Source: Candidatus Hecatella orcuttiae (GTDB lineage Archaea; Thermoproteota; Bathyarchaeia; Hecatellales; Hecatellaceae). From it: 64,000 nt of DNA. Position numbers and translations under genes: made by a program. Below the pieces are notes generated by a model, which was not told the DNA's origin, searched no databases, and was given only the letters and a program-made list of their open reading frames with translations. The stretch spans positions 256,001 through 320,000 of the forward strand of contig MTLY02000002.1 in the NCBI GenBank assembly GCA_002011035.2, given 5' to 3'. This document shows, piece after piece, positions 36,770-46,025 of the stretch. Positions within the stretch are counted from its first letter, which is position 1. Each line of letters begins with the position of its first letter.

Positions 36770-37642
36770 GTGGGGATGGAAAGCTTGGTGGCGAAGGCCA
36801 GAAGGCCTGTGGTGACATTGACCACCGACTTCGGCACCGCGGATTCCTATGTGGCGGAGATGAAGGCGGTTATTCTCTCCCTCTGCCCTGAGGCGGTCCT
36901 CGTCGACATCACCCACGAGGTTGAAAGATTCAACATCAGAATGGGCGCCTACCTCTTGGCCCGCTCAGCTTGGCTGTTCCCCAGAGGAACCGTGCACCTG
37001 GCCGTGGTGGACCCGGGAGTCGGAGGCGGGCGGAAGCCCCTCATCTTGGAGACGCCCTCAGCCTTCTTCGTCGGCCCTGACAACGGCCTCCTGACCGCGG
37101 CGGCCAAAAGACAGGGCATAAGCCACGCCTACCAGATAAGGAAAGAATACTGCTGGCCGTCGAAGGTTTCCGAAACCTTCCACGGGAGGGACCTCTTCGC
37201 CCCTGCAGCCGGCCACTTGGCAGCGGGGAAGCCTCCGTCCTCCTTGGGCGTAGAGGTCTCCACCTACGTGGAGTCCGCCTTCCCATCTCCTAAAATCTCC
37301 GGCAGGATAGTGGAGGGGGAGGTCATCCACGTAGACCGTTTCGGTAACCTAGTAACCAACATAGACCGAAAGCTTCCCGAAACTCGAGGGCTGCGGTTTG
37401 GCTCCGCCATCCGAATTCAAGCGGGGAAAATCCAGCACCCCCGAAAGGTTAGGTTTGCTGAAACCTACTCCCAAGCGGCGAGGGGAGAACTCCTACTCAC
37501 CGTGGGAAGCGGAGGCTTCTTGGAAGTCTCCGTCAACCAGGGGGACGCCTCCAAGCGGCTGGGCTTGAAAGCTGGAGGGAAAATCAAACTGCTCCTCCCA
37601 GCCTCCGGGGGGAGAAAACTAGAGCCTATCCGTTCGAGCTAA
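36770..37642 (+). CDS. SAM hydroxide adenosyltransferase (DUF62, chlorinase/fluorinase family)
   Basis: LTTDFG, VVDPGVG, GPDNG, TFHGRDLFAP, DRFGN. Confidence 0.93.
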   Translation: MGMESLVAKARRPVVTLTTDFGTADSYVAEMKAVILSLCPEAVLVDITHEVERFNIRMGAYLLARSAWLFPRGTVHLAVVDPGVGGGRKPLILETPSAFFVGPDNGLLTAAAKRQGISHAYQIRKEYCWPSKVSETFHGRDLFAPAAGHLAAGKPPSSLGVEVSTYVESAFPSPKISGRIVEGEVIHVDRFGNLVTNIDRKLPETRGLRFGSAIRIQAGKIQHPRKVRFAETYSQAARGELLLTVGSGGFLEVSVNQGDASKRLGLKAGGKIKLLLPASGGRKLEPIRSS

Positions 37643-38155
37643 GTTTCGTATGCGGTCTATGCCGCCGATTTGGACGATGTACTTTGCAACGGAGGCGGGG
37701 ACGAGGGCTTCCCAGCTTTCGCCGTTGAGAATCTTGTTGCGGACGTTGGTGGCGTAAAGTTTTCTCCTATCCAAGTAGGGAATGCCCTCCACCTTGAAGC
37801 CGGCTTCCTGGAAGAGTTGACGGCAGAGGGCGTCGTTGGTGAAAACTACTTCGAACTTGGGCGTGTAGGCCACTACCTGAGCGACCCAGATGCTGTGAAC
37901 TTGGGTGTCGGGCACGGGGATGATGGAGTAGGAGGCTCTGTCCACTCCCACCTCATCCAAGGCCAGCCTCAGCATGGTGAATCTTTCCCCCGCGGTGAAG
38001 GGGTTTTGAGGGTCATGGCTGAACTGGGCGCTTCCAATCCCTATTATCAGCTCCTTAACCTGCCGGAGGGCTTGGGTGACAGCGTGAACGTGTCCCCGGT
38101 GAACAGGCTGAAACCTCCCCACGTAGAAGCCTGAATTCCACTTCACCAGCTTCAC
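37619..38155 (-). CDS. nadM: Nicotinamide-nucleotide adenylyltransferase
   Basis: GRFQPVHRGH, GSAQ.SH...NPFTAGER. Confidence 0.93.
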   Translation of the reverse strand: MKLVKWNSGFYVGRFQPVHRGHVHAVTQALRQVKELIIGIGSAQFSHDPQNPFTAGERFTMLRLALDEVGVDRASYSIIPVPDTQVHSIWVAQVVAYTPKFEVVFTNDALCRQLFQEAGFKVEGIPYLDRRKLYATNVRNKILNGESWEALVPASVAKYIVQIGGIDRIRNLARTDRL

Positions 38156-38323
38156 CCATGGCGTTGCTTAACTCGCTTGACCCAATTCGCTTATCAGGTT
38201 TAAGCTTATCTCCAAGTTCGGCTGGAAAATAGGTGTGAAAAAGTGGCATATATGAGCATAGGTTTTTTGGGCGAGGCTTCCCGCTGGGTTGGTGGGGTAT
38301 TTCCCACTCTTTTTTGTTTAGGC

Positions 38324-39541
38324 TTACTCGATGAGTTCTAGATGGATTTTCAAATAGTCTTTAAGATGGCGGGTGATGAGGAAATTTCTTCTCACATGGT
38401 CTCTCCCGTTGGTCCCCAGCATCCTCCCCAGATAAGGGCGCTTGATGATGAGGGTGACCTTTTCCGCTGCAGCCTCCACGGTGTCCACTAGGAAACCTGT
38501 CACGCCGTCTAGGACCTGCAGAGGGATGCCGCCTGTGCGAGTGGCCACCACAGGGGTTCCCTTCCACAAGGCTTCAGTTACCGAGAGACCGAAGCCTTCT
38601 CTGAGGGATTTTTGTATCACCACCGTGGAGGCTCTTTGGAAGGCGTTAACCTCCAAGTCTCCCACCCCCTCTCTGTCGGTTAGTATGTGGATGTCTTTGT
38701 CGCCTCCCGCCTTTTCCACGGTTTTCTTCAGCCATTCATCTCCCTCGGGGTCGTCTGCAGCCATGGAGCCTACCAGCAACAGCTGGGTTTGGGGAATTTC
38801 CCTTTTCACCAGGCGGTAGACGTCGATAACGCCTAAAGGGTCCTTCCAAGGGTCAAACCTAGCTACCTGGGTCAGGATAGGCTTTTCAGGGCTGACTTCG
38901 TATTTCTCCAGCATCTTCAAAATTTGGCTTTCTGAAATAGGCTTGTTTTTTTCTGAGAGGGGGTTGATGGAGGGAGGCATAAGGAAGATGTGCTTGTTTC
39001 GAAGGTCTTCTTTGATGTAGCTTTGGAGGGAGAACACGAGACCGTCATATTCCAGCACGAAGGGTTTCAGAAAATCCCAGTAAACCGGGTTGGCTTTTGT
39101 TAGGTCTATGTGGCATCGCCACACCCATTTCTCAGGTCCCCGGTTTCTAAACCTTAGAAGGGCCGCCGGCTGGGGATCGTGGACCATGATGAGGTCGCCC
39201 TTGAAATCAAGCTTTTCCGCGTTCAGCCGATTATATTCCAAGTAGACTTTCTTCATGGCCTCTGTGAGCTTAAGAGGCATTCCTTGGAGGGCGTTGTGGA
39301 ATTTTTTAGTGACATTGAAAAACTCACTGGAAGCCTCCATAACCTGCCATGAGACGTTTAACCCCACGGTCCTAGCCAGCGGAACCATGTTTTTAAGAAG
39401 CTCCGCCACTCCCCCGCCAAAACGGGTTGAATTGATGTGGACGATGGAGGCGCCTTTCACCCAAGAAGCCAGTTTCTCAATTTCAGCTATTTCCTGTTCT
39501 CCCACGATAGCCTTGTAGTCGTCTAAGCTGAAAGTAGCCAT
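38324..39541 (-). CDS. treT: Trehalose synthase TreT-type glycosyltransferase
   Basis: HINST.FGGGVAE, HNALQG, HDPQP, WRCHID, RFDPWKD, DDPEG, EGFGL. Confidence 0.88.
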   Translation of the reverse strand: MATFSLDDYKAIVGEQEIAEIEKLASWVKGASIVHINSTRFGGGVAELLKNMVPLARTVGLNVSWQVMEASSEFFNVTKKFHNALQGMPLKLTEAMKKVYLEYNRLNAEKLDFKGDLIMVHDPQPAALLRFRNRGPEKWVWRCHIDLTKANPVYWDFLKPFVLEYDGLVFSLQSYIKEDLRNKHIFLMPPSINPLSEKNKPISESQILKMLEKYEVSPEKPILTQVARFDPWKDPLGVIDVYRLVKREIPQTQLLLVGSMAADDPEGDEWLKKTVEKAGGDKDIHILTDREGVGDLEVNAFQRASTVVIQKSLREGFGLSVTEALWKGTPVVATRTGGIPLQVLDGVTGFLVDTVEAAAEKVTLIIKRPYLGRMLGTNGRDHVRRNFLITRHLKDYLKIHLELIE

Positions 39542-39646
39542 AAGTCAACCCCTCGGGAGGCGTCGGAGCGTCTTGGAAATATTCATTAAGGTTGATTTTG
39601 AATTAGATCATGAAGAGAGACATATAAGCTAAACGGAGGATGAGGG

Positions 39647-40522
39647 TTGGCCAAGGCTATGGACGTAGCCTATAAGGAGAACCTTTACATCATCGAAAGC
39701 TTCGCCCCCCTCATCAAAGCCTTGAAGCTGATGGGTGAAAGAGGCGGCATCTACCGCCTTTCCGTAGTAGACGACCAAAAAAGGGCTAAAGGAGTTATCT
39801 CCTCTCTCAGAATCCTCGAATACATCGCCGGCCACAAAGGGAAAATTTTGAAGAAGAAAGCCGGAGGTTTAGAGGCTCTCCTCCAAGAACCCGTCCTCCT
39901 CTTTATGGAGGAATATCTTCACAAGCTTCCCTACAGTTTCGCCTTCGAGTGCATCGTCCAGTATATGGTGGAGAACAAGGTCGGCCATGTGATTTTGGTG
40001 GATGAAAAGGACTGCATAAAAGGCGTGATCACCGAGCGCCCAGCCATTGAGAGAATTCCCCCCCGCCATTATGGAATAAACCTTTCCGCCATAATGACGC
40101 GGAAGGTCCATACCATCAAGCCTGAAAGCAGCATTTTCGAAGCCCTCAACCTTATGGCCGCCCACCATGTGAGAAGACTCCCCCTCCTGTCCGAAGGCGA
40201 AGTAGTGGGGGTCCTATCAGCTTCAGACCTTTTTCGCTATCTTGTCAAAACAGAAGGGCCTGAAGAGGCTTTGAAGGAGAAAGAGAATCTGGAGAACCGC
40301 CTTTCCGAGGAAGTCGTCACCCTCAGCCTCCCCAAACCGGTGCTCATAGGGGAGCACGAGGATGTGGGAGAACTCTTAAAAAGAGTCCAAGAACGTTGGA
40401 TACCCTATCACCCCGTTGTTTCTGAGGAGGGAAAACTCGCCGGAGTGGTCAGTGAAAGAGACCTCATCACCCGGTTCTCCCGGGTGCTGGGCATGGAGCG
40501 GTTTTTGAAGCTTATCGCTTAG
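39647..40522 (+). CDS. CBS-domain protein (four CBS repeats)
   Basis: Repeated h-h-V-D/S..G.h.GVIS/T..D motifs. Confidence 0.88.
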   Translation: MAKAMDVAYKENLYIIESFAPLIKALKLMGERGGIYRLSVVDDQKRAKGVISSLRILEYIAGHKGKILKKKAGGLEALLQEPVLLFMEEYLHKLPYSFAFECIVQYMVENKVGHVILVDEKDCIKGVITERPAIERIPPRHYGINLSAIMTRKVHTIKPESSIFEALNLMAAHHVRRLPLLSEGEVVGVLSASDLFRYLVKTEGPEEALKEKENLENRLSEEVVTLSLPKPVLIGEHEDVGELLKRVQERWIPYHPVVSEEGKLAGVVSERDLITRFSRVLGMERFLKLIA

Positions 40523-40617
40523 AAAACAAGGGGCAAGGAAGATTTCTTCTTCCCACCTATTTTACTTTCTTTCGAGCGGAATGGTAAAAAGGAGGTTAAA
40601 TATCATTTAAAAGGTAA

Positions 40618-40896
40618 GTGGGGCCTGTGTGCAGCTACATCCTCAAGCTTATGTTCGTGAACATGAGAACTGGGCACACGGAAGTGTTTGAGGTAGCCTT
40701 GCTCGCCCCCCAAGGTGAAGAGAAATGCTACAAGGCGGTTCTACCCCACCGTCTCTACCACAGGGTTAAAGCCCACTTTGGGGAAGGTCCCTTCACCACG
40801 GCTTTCACCCTATCCCATGGGCCCTACCTTCTCCACGGCTCTGTCAAGGCGGATATGGAAGTCCGCATACCGGTAAGTTTCGAGGAGGCAAAATAA
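40618..40896 (+). CDS. Hypothetical protein
   Basis: 92-aa ORF filling the gap on the same strand as its neighbours. Confidence 0.55.
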   Translation: MGPVCSYILKLMFVNMRTGHTEVFEVALLAPQGEEKCYKAVLPHRLYHRVKAHFGEGPFTTAFTLSHGPYLLHGSVKADMEVRIPVSFEEAK

Positions 40897-40956
40897 TTCA
40901 CCCTAGCTGAGAGGGCGGCTTGAACCTTATATGCTTTAGACTCCAAACATACCCCT

Positions 40957-41580
40957 ATGAACTCGCCCTCAGCCCCTGAATCTTCCGAAACCCTGTGGAA
41001 GCTGGTTTTAAAGGTGGGGCGGCTTAAACTGTTTCCCCGCACCGGATGGCTGACTCGCGGCGTGGAAAAGGCCCGCGTAGAATCTGTAGCGGAGCACAGT
41101 TTCCGAACAGCCGTCCTAGCCATGATGCTCGCGGACATGCTCTCCCCCCAGCGGAGGGTAAACTTCGCCCTCGTCCTGCGAATGGCTTTACTCCACGATT
41201 TCCCTGAAATCCTGCTCAAGGACCTGGATAAAGAGGCTTGGAACTGCCTAACCCCCAGCCTCAAAGCAAAACCCAAGGTTGAAAAAGAAGCCCTGAGAAG
41301 ACTTCTGGCAGAAGTTTCTCCGCCTCTGAGGAAAAAATACGAGGCTGTTTGGAGAAACTACCGGAGGGGCAGCTCCTTGGAAGCCCAGATAGTGGAGGCG
41401 GCTGACAGGCTGGAGACCGCCTTCCAAGCTTACGAGTACGTGGAGGGAGGCTGTCCTCTGAGGTTGGTGGAGGAAATCTGGGAGGACGCTCAAAAGAAAG
41501 TCTACCAAACCGGTCTAGCTCCCGCCTGTGCTCTCATGGACAGGCTTAAGGAAAACCTCAGACTTCAGGCGAAAACCTGA
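40957..41580 (+). CDS. HD-domain phosphohydrolase (YfbR/HDDC2-like)
   Basis: PRTGW, ESVAEHSF, LLHD, ADRLE. Confidence 0.88.
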   Translation: MNSPSAPESSETLWKLVLKVGRLKLFPRTGWLTRGVEKARVESVAEHSFRTAVLAMMLADMLSPQRRVNFALVLRMALLHDFPEILLKDLDKEAWNCLTPSLKAKPKVEKEALRRLLAEVSPPLRKKYEAVWRNYRRGSSLEAQIVEAADRLETAFQAYEYVEGGCPLRLVEEIWEDAQKKVYQTGLAPACALMDRLKENLRLQAKT

Positions 41581-41604
41581 AGGCGGAGACCCGCCCCCGC
41601 AAGC

Positions 41605-42093
41605 CTACAGCTTGTAGCCCAAGGTCCTCAGAAATTTTTTCCTAGCCTCCGCGTCCTCCTTCTGCTCTATTCCCTTGGACTTGTAGCCGTCGACGACGCC
41701 TAGAATGCCCCTTCCCTGCTCGGTTTCGGCGACGATGACCTCCACGGGGTTGGCGGTGGCGCAGAAGATGGAGCAGACTTCAGACACTCCCTTGATGGCG
41801 TTGAGCACGTTGATGGGGTAGGCCTCCTTCAGGAAGATGAGAAAACTGTGGCCGGCTGCCAGCTTGAAGGCGTTTTCCGCCGCCGCCTTCTTCAGGGAAG
41901 CGTCGTTGCCTTCGCTTCTCACCAAGCAGGGGCCGGAGCTTTCGCAGAAGCCCACTCCGAACTTGGCTTTGGGAGCGGAGTTCACCACAGCCTCGTAGAG
42001 GTCTTCCACGGTTTTGATGAAGTGGGCCATTCCCAAGATGAGGTTGCAGCCTTCTGGGGTTTCGATTTTGACGATTTCAGTTTTCACACCCAA
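41605..42093 (-). CDS. DUF355 family (adenosine-specific kinase/AMP-binding protein)
   Basis: [39 protein letters not shown]. Confidence 0.9.
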   Translation of the reverse strand: MGVKTEIVKIETPEGCNLILGMAHFIKTVEDLYEAVVNSAPKAKFGVGFCESSGPCLVRSEGNDASLKKAAAENAFKLAAGHSFLIFLKEAYPINVLNAIKGVSEVCSIFCATANPVEVIVAETEQGRGILGVVDGYKSKGIEQKEDAEARKKFLRTLGYKL

Positions 42094-42211
42094 CCCTCCA
42101 AGGGGATGTTTCCTCTACCTGAGCTAAAAAATTATCCCGCCCTTTTTTTGCTTGATAAAAAACCGTGGACGCGGGGTAAGGGCGGATTTTCCCCTGGTTT
42201 CTTCAAGGGTG

Positions 42212-42580
42212 TTAGAAGTATAGTACCGCGTCGGCGTCTAGGACTAGGTCGTTTAGGGTTGCTGCTCCCACTATTTTGGCGTAGTCCACCACGTTTCCGG
42301 GGGTAAGCCCCAGAAGCTGGCAGCTTTGGTCGCAGACCATCAGCTTCACTCCCGCCTTCACAGCCTGGTCCATGACCTCCTTCAACGAAGGGAAGCTTCC
42401 CAGCTTCACCTTTTCAGCTTCTCCTCTCTGAACCACGGTCACGCCTTTTATGAGGAAGTATACAGTGGCATCCAAGCCCATGGCCACAGCGGTGGTGGCT
42501 AGGATGAAGGGGGCGTAGGTTCTTTCAGGAGTATCCAAACCGCTGGTTTGAACGTAGAGCACCTTTTTCTTTTCCGCCAA
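42212..42580 (-). CDS. DsrE/DsrF-family protein
   Basis: YAPFILA, YFLIKGV, VCDQSC. Confidence 0.85.
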   Translation of the reverse strand: MAEKKKVLYVQTSGLDTPERTYAPFILATTAVAMGLDATVYFLIKGVTVVQRGEAEKVKLGSFPSLKEVMDQAVKAGVKLMVCDQSCQLLGLTPGNVVDYAKIVGAATLNDLVLDADAVLYF

Positions 42581-42598
42581 ACTTTTTCACCTCCCTTT

Positions 42599-42853
42599 TT
42601 ATGTCTGCTTCGTCTTTTTTATCAAAAAATGGATCTCCCGCCCTGTCTTCCACAGTCGAAGAAGCTGATGGCCTAGTCTTCGCAGGAGACTTTGGATGTC
42701 TTCCTCGCTGGCCGGGTCGTCGGCTATCACCTCCAAGGTTTCTCCCACCGCCATCGAGTCCAGTTCTTTTCGGGTTCGGAAGACGGGTTCAGGGCAGTAG
42801 AGGCCTACGAGGTCTAGAATTCTCCGCGGGGAGTTTTGGGTTGACTCAGTCAA
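42599..42853 (-). CDS. tusA: TusA/SirA sulfur carrier
   Basis: LDLVGLYCPEP, GETLEVIADDP. Confidence 0.9.
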   Translation of the reverse strand: MTESTQNSPRRILDLVGLYCPEPVFRTRKELDSMAVGETLEVIADDPASEEDIQSLLRRLGHQLLRLWKTGREIHFLIKKTKQT

Positions 42854-43013
42854 GCCGATGACCTATGATAAAAATTATAACACCGTTATTTATGACTTCT
42901 TTCCAAACCTCCGAAACCCCCTTCTTTCCAAATTCGCCTAGGGGGAGTCCTTTCCCTGAAAGAGAGGAGGAAAAAAATATATTGAAGGTTTTCGTTATAT
43001 AAACACGTCTATG

Positions 43014-43027
43014 TTAGGTGAGCCTAA
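43014..43027. promoter_or_regulatory. Putative DtxR-family operator TTAGG-TGAG-CCTAA just downstream of TATA box (42995-43003)
   Basis: Perfect 5-bp inverted arms resembling DtxR/IdeR-type boxes; upstream of the feoB-dtxR operon. Confidence 0.7.
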
Positions 43028-43082
43028 GTCCTTTGAACGCCCACCTCAAAACCAGTAACCCCCAGAGGAAAGGTTCCCCCTG

Positions 43083-45089
43083 ATGCACCGCCATACCTGT
43101 CACGGCAGCGCCCCTCCCCCCTCTTCGAGAAAAGGCTTGAAGAAAATAGCCTTGGTGGGCAATCCCAACGTGGGGAAGAGTGTGGTCTTCCACAGCCTCA
43201 CCGGCGCCTACGTCACCGTCTCCAACTACCCGGGGACAACCGTTGAGATAGCTCGGGGGAAAATTCGCATCGGCAGAACGGAATACGAGGTCATAGACAC
43301 CCCGGGCATGTATTCGTTCATTCCCCTCACCGAGGAGGAGCGGGTTGCCAGGACGGTTCTCCTCCGGGAAAAACCCGACCTAGTTCTGCAGATAGCGGAC
43401 GCCAAAAACCTGGTGAGGATGCTTCCTCTGACCTTCCAGTTGATGGAGGTAGGTCTCCCCGTCATCCTCGTCCTCAACATGATGGACGAGGCTGAAAAGA
43501 TAGGGGTCAAAGTCGACCCCCAGCGCTTAGAGGAGCTGCTGGGCATTCCCGTGGTGGCCACCGTGGCCACAACCGGACGGGGCATCGAGGAGCTGAAGGA
43601 AAGAATAAGAGTCTTCCGCGGAGGCGGGAAAGAGGGAGCTTCCTCCATTCTCGACTACAGTGAGCCTGTAGAATCTGCTTTAGGCGACATATGCGCCTTG
43701 CTGAAGGCGGAGTACGGCTTTCCCAAGCGAGCTGTAGGTCTTTTGCTTTTGCAGGGAGATAAAGAAATAAGGGAGCAAGTCAGGAAGGAAGAGCCCCGAG
43801 ACGGTTACAGCCGAATTGAAGAGCTGGTGGGGAAGACTCAGGCTCACTTCGTTCACCCTTTGGGCTACCATATAGCCTTGAGAAGATTCGACGAAGCCAC
43901 TTGGATGGTGGCCCAAGCGTCTATGCCACCTTCCCGGGAGATGAGGCTGACCTTGTCGGAGCACCTGAGCCGGTTGACGATGAATCCTTGGACCGGCAGC
44001 CTCATTCTCTTGGCTGTTCTGTATTTCGGCATCTACCAGTTTGTAGGCGTCTTCGGAGCGGGGGTGCTTGTGGACTTTCTCGAAGGCCGCATCTTCGAAG
44101 GCGTCGTCAACCCCCGCATTACCGCTTGGGTTGTGAGGAGCATCCCCTATGCTACGGTTCAGGATCTGCTGGTGGGCGAGTACGGGGTCATAACCCTAGG
44201 TGTGAGGTATGCGGTGGCCTTGATTTTACCCATCGTAGGCACCTTTTTCATCGTTTTTTCGGTCATCGAGGATGTGGGCTATCTCCCCCGCTTGGCCATG
44301 CTCATCGACAGGGTTCTCAAAAGGATAGGCCTCACCGGGAGGGCGGTGATCCCCTTGGTTTTGGGCTTGGGCTGCGACACCATGGCCACCATCGTGACGA
44401 GAACCCAGGAGACTCGGAGGGAGAGGGTGATAGCCACCTTGCTGATGGCTTTGGCCATCCCCTGCTCCGCTCAGCTGGGGGTTATCTTGGCGATTTTATC
44501 CGGGAAGCCTACGGCTTTAGTCCTCTGGGCCGGGACAATTCTCCTAATATTTGTTTTAGTCGGGTATTTGGCTTCAAAGCTTATACCGGGGGAGAAGCCC
44601 AGTTTCTTCTTGGAGATCCCCCCGCTGAGAATGCCGAGGCTGGGTAACATTTTGACCAAAACCCTCGCCCGGATGGAATGGTATTTCATGGAGGTCTTCC
44701 CCTACTTCCTCCTAGCCAGCGTCCTCCTCTGGGCAGGTCAACTCACAGGGGTTTTCCAAGCGGTGATCGCCGCCCTGCAGCCGCTGGTGCAAGCCATAGG
44801 ACTGCCTCCAGAGGCGGCGGTGGTGTTTCTCTTCGGCTTTTTCCGGAGGGACTACGGAGCAGCCGGCCTTTTCGACCTGCAGCAGGCAGGTCTGCTGTCC
44901 GGGGTTCAGCTGGCGGTCTCCGCCATCACCCTCACTCTCTTCGTACCCTGCATCGCCCAGTTTCTGGTGATGACTAGGGAACGAGGGTTGAAGACGGCGT
45001 TTCTCATAGCTCTCTTTATTTTCCCCTTCGCCTTCACCGTGGGTTTCACCGTGAACTTCGCCTTAACGGCCTTGGGGGTTCAAATATGA
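43083..45089 (+). CDS. feoB: Ferrous iron transporter FeoB
   Basis: GNPNVGKS, NYPGTTVE, DTPG, NMMD G motifs; GLGC and IPCSAQL gate motifs; FVPC. Confidence 0.96.
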   Translation: MHRHTCHGSAPPPSSRKGLKKIALVGNPNVGKSVVFHSLTGAYVTVSNYPGTTVEIARGKIRIGRTEYEVIDTPGMYSFIPLTEEERVARTVLLREKPDLVLQIADAKNLVRMLPLTFQLMEVGLPVILVLNMMDEAEKIGVKVDPQRLEELLGIPVVATVATTGRGIEELKERIRVFRGGGKEGASSILDYSEPVESALGDICALLKAEYGFPKRAVGLLLLQGDKEIREQVRKEEPRDGYSRIEELVGKTQAHFVHPLGYHIALRRFDEATWMVAQASMPPSREMRLTLSEHLSRLTMNPWTGSLILLAVLYFGIYQFVGVFGAGVLVDFLEGRIFEGVVNPRITAWVVRSIPYATVQDLLVGEYGVITLGVRYAVALILPIVGTFFIVFSVIEDVGYLPRLAMLIDRVLKRIGLTGRAVIPLVLGLGCDTMATIVTRTQETRRERVIATLLMALAIPCSAQLGVILAILSGKPTALVLWAGTILLIFVLVGYLASKLIPGEKPSFFLEIPPLRMPRLGNILTKTLARMEWYFMEVFPYFLLASVLLWAGQLTGVFQAVIAALQPLVQAIGLPPEAAVVFLFGFFRRDYGAAGLFDLQQAGLLSGVQLAVSAITLTLFVPCIAQFLVMTRERGLKTAFLIALFIFPFAFTVGFTVNFALTALGVQI

Positions 45090-45268
45090 AGTGTCCTCTC
45101 TGCGGCTGCGAATGCGGAGAAAGGGAAGAAGCCGCGGCGTGTAAGGGTTGCCCCTTAGCCCTCGGGGATGCTTGCAGCTTGGCCAGGTGTCCGCGGTGCG
45201 GCTACAGCTTCCCTAGGGAGTCAAGGCTTTTGAAAAAACTCAGGGGTTGGAAAAGCGGATGGAAATAA
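45086..45268 (+). CDS. Small Cys-rich protein in feo operon
   Basis: 60 aa with 9 Cys (CPLC, CKGC, CPRC); ATGA overlap with feoB stop. Confidence 0.75.
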   Translation: MKCPLCGCECGEREEAAACKGCPLALGDACSLARCPRCGYSFPRESRLLKKLRGWKSGWK

Positions 45269-45981
45269 GTGAGCCAGCGGAAGAGGTTTTGGAAGCCCTT
45301 TGGACGGTGCTGGAAAAGAAGAACGCCTCCTCCACAGCCCTCCAAGACATCGGATTTAAGAGGGGGGACAGAGAAGTGGAGGAGCTCTTTAAGCTAAATC
45401 TGATACGCTCGGTTGACGGGGAAGTGGAGTTCACCGAGGAAGGCCGGAAGCTGGCGGAGGACATCGTTAGACGGCATCGGCTGGCGGAGCGGCTTCTCGT
45501 CGACGTCTTGGACCTTAAGGGAAAGCTTGTTGAGGAAACTGCCTGCAAGTTTGAGCACCTCCTCCGAGACGGTGTGGACGAACATATCTGCATCCTCCTC
45601 GGCCATCCGAAGATATGCCCCCACGGCCTGCCTATTCCTCCCGGGAGATGCTGCGAGAAGGAGGAGGAGGCCACGGGGAGAATCATCTGCCCTCTCTCCG
45701 ACCTCAAACCTGGGGAAGGGGGGAAAATAGCCTACATCTACACCTCAGACCGGAGGAAGCTGGAGAGACTGATGGTCATGGGGCTTCTGCCGGGAAGCCC
45801 GGTTACCCTCATCCAGCGTAGTCCCTCCTACGTTTTCCAAGCAGGCCAAACCCAGATAGCAGTGGATGAGGAGATAGCCAACAGCATCTACGTGCGCATC
45901 GTGGAAGGGGAAACCAGTCCGGAAAAACCTCCCACGCGGGGCCGGCGGAGGTTCCGATTCGGCCTTCGCAAAGGCTGGTAA
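45247..45981 (+). CDS. DtxR/MntR metal-dependent repressor with C-terminal FeoA domain
   Basis: RRHRLAERLL, ACKFEH, CPHGLPIP, L..MGLLPG FeoA motif. Confidence 0.92.
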   Translation: MEKRMEISEPAEEVLEALWTVLEKKNASSTALQDIGFKRGDREVEELFKLNLIRSVDGEVEFTEEGRKLAEDIVRRHRLAERLLVDVLDLKGKLVEETACKFEHLLRDGVDEHICILLGHPKICPHGLPIPPGRCCEKEEEATGRIICPLSDLKPGEGGKIAYIYTSDRRKLERLMVMGLLPGSPVTLIQRSPSYVFQAGQTQIAVDEEIANSIYVRIVEGETSPEKPPTRGRRRFRFGLRKGW

Positions 45982-46025
45982 AACTTTTTACTTCAAACCC
46001 CCTAGTAAAAAGGGGGGGCAGCGGT

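Noticed and set aside
43901-44647. 248-aa alternative-frame ORF inside feoB
   Set aside because: Low-complexity Arg/Gly/His shadow ORF caused by GC-rich codon usage; the same applies to 46955-47605, 56455-57129, 12101-12715 and most other nested ORFs
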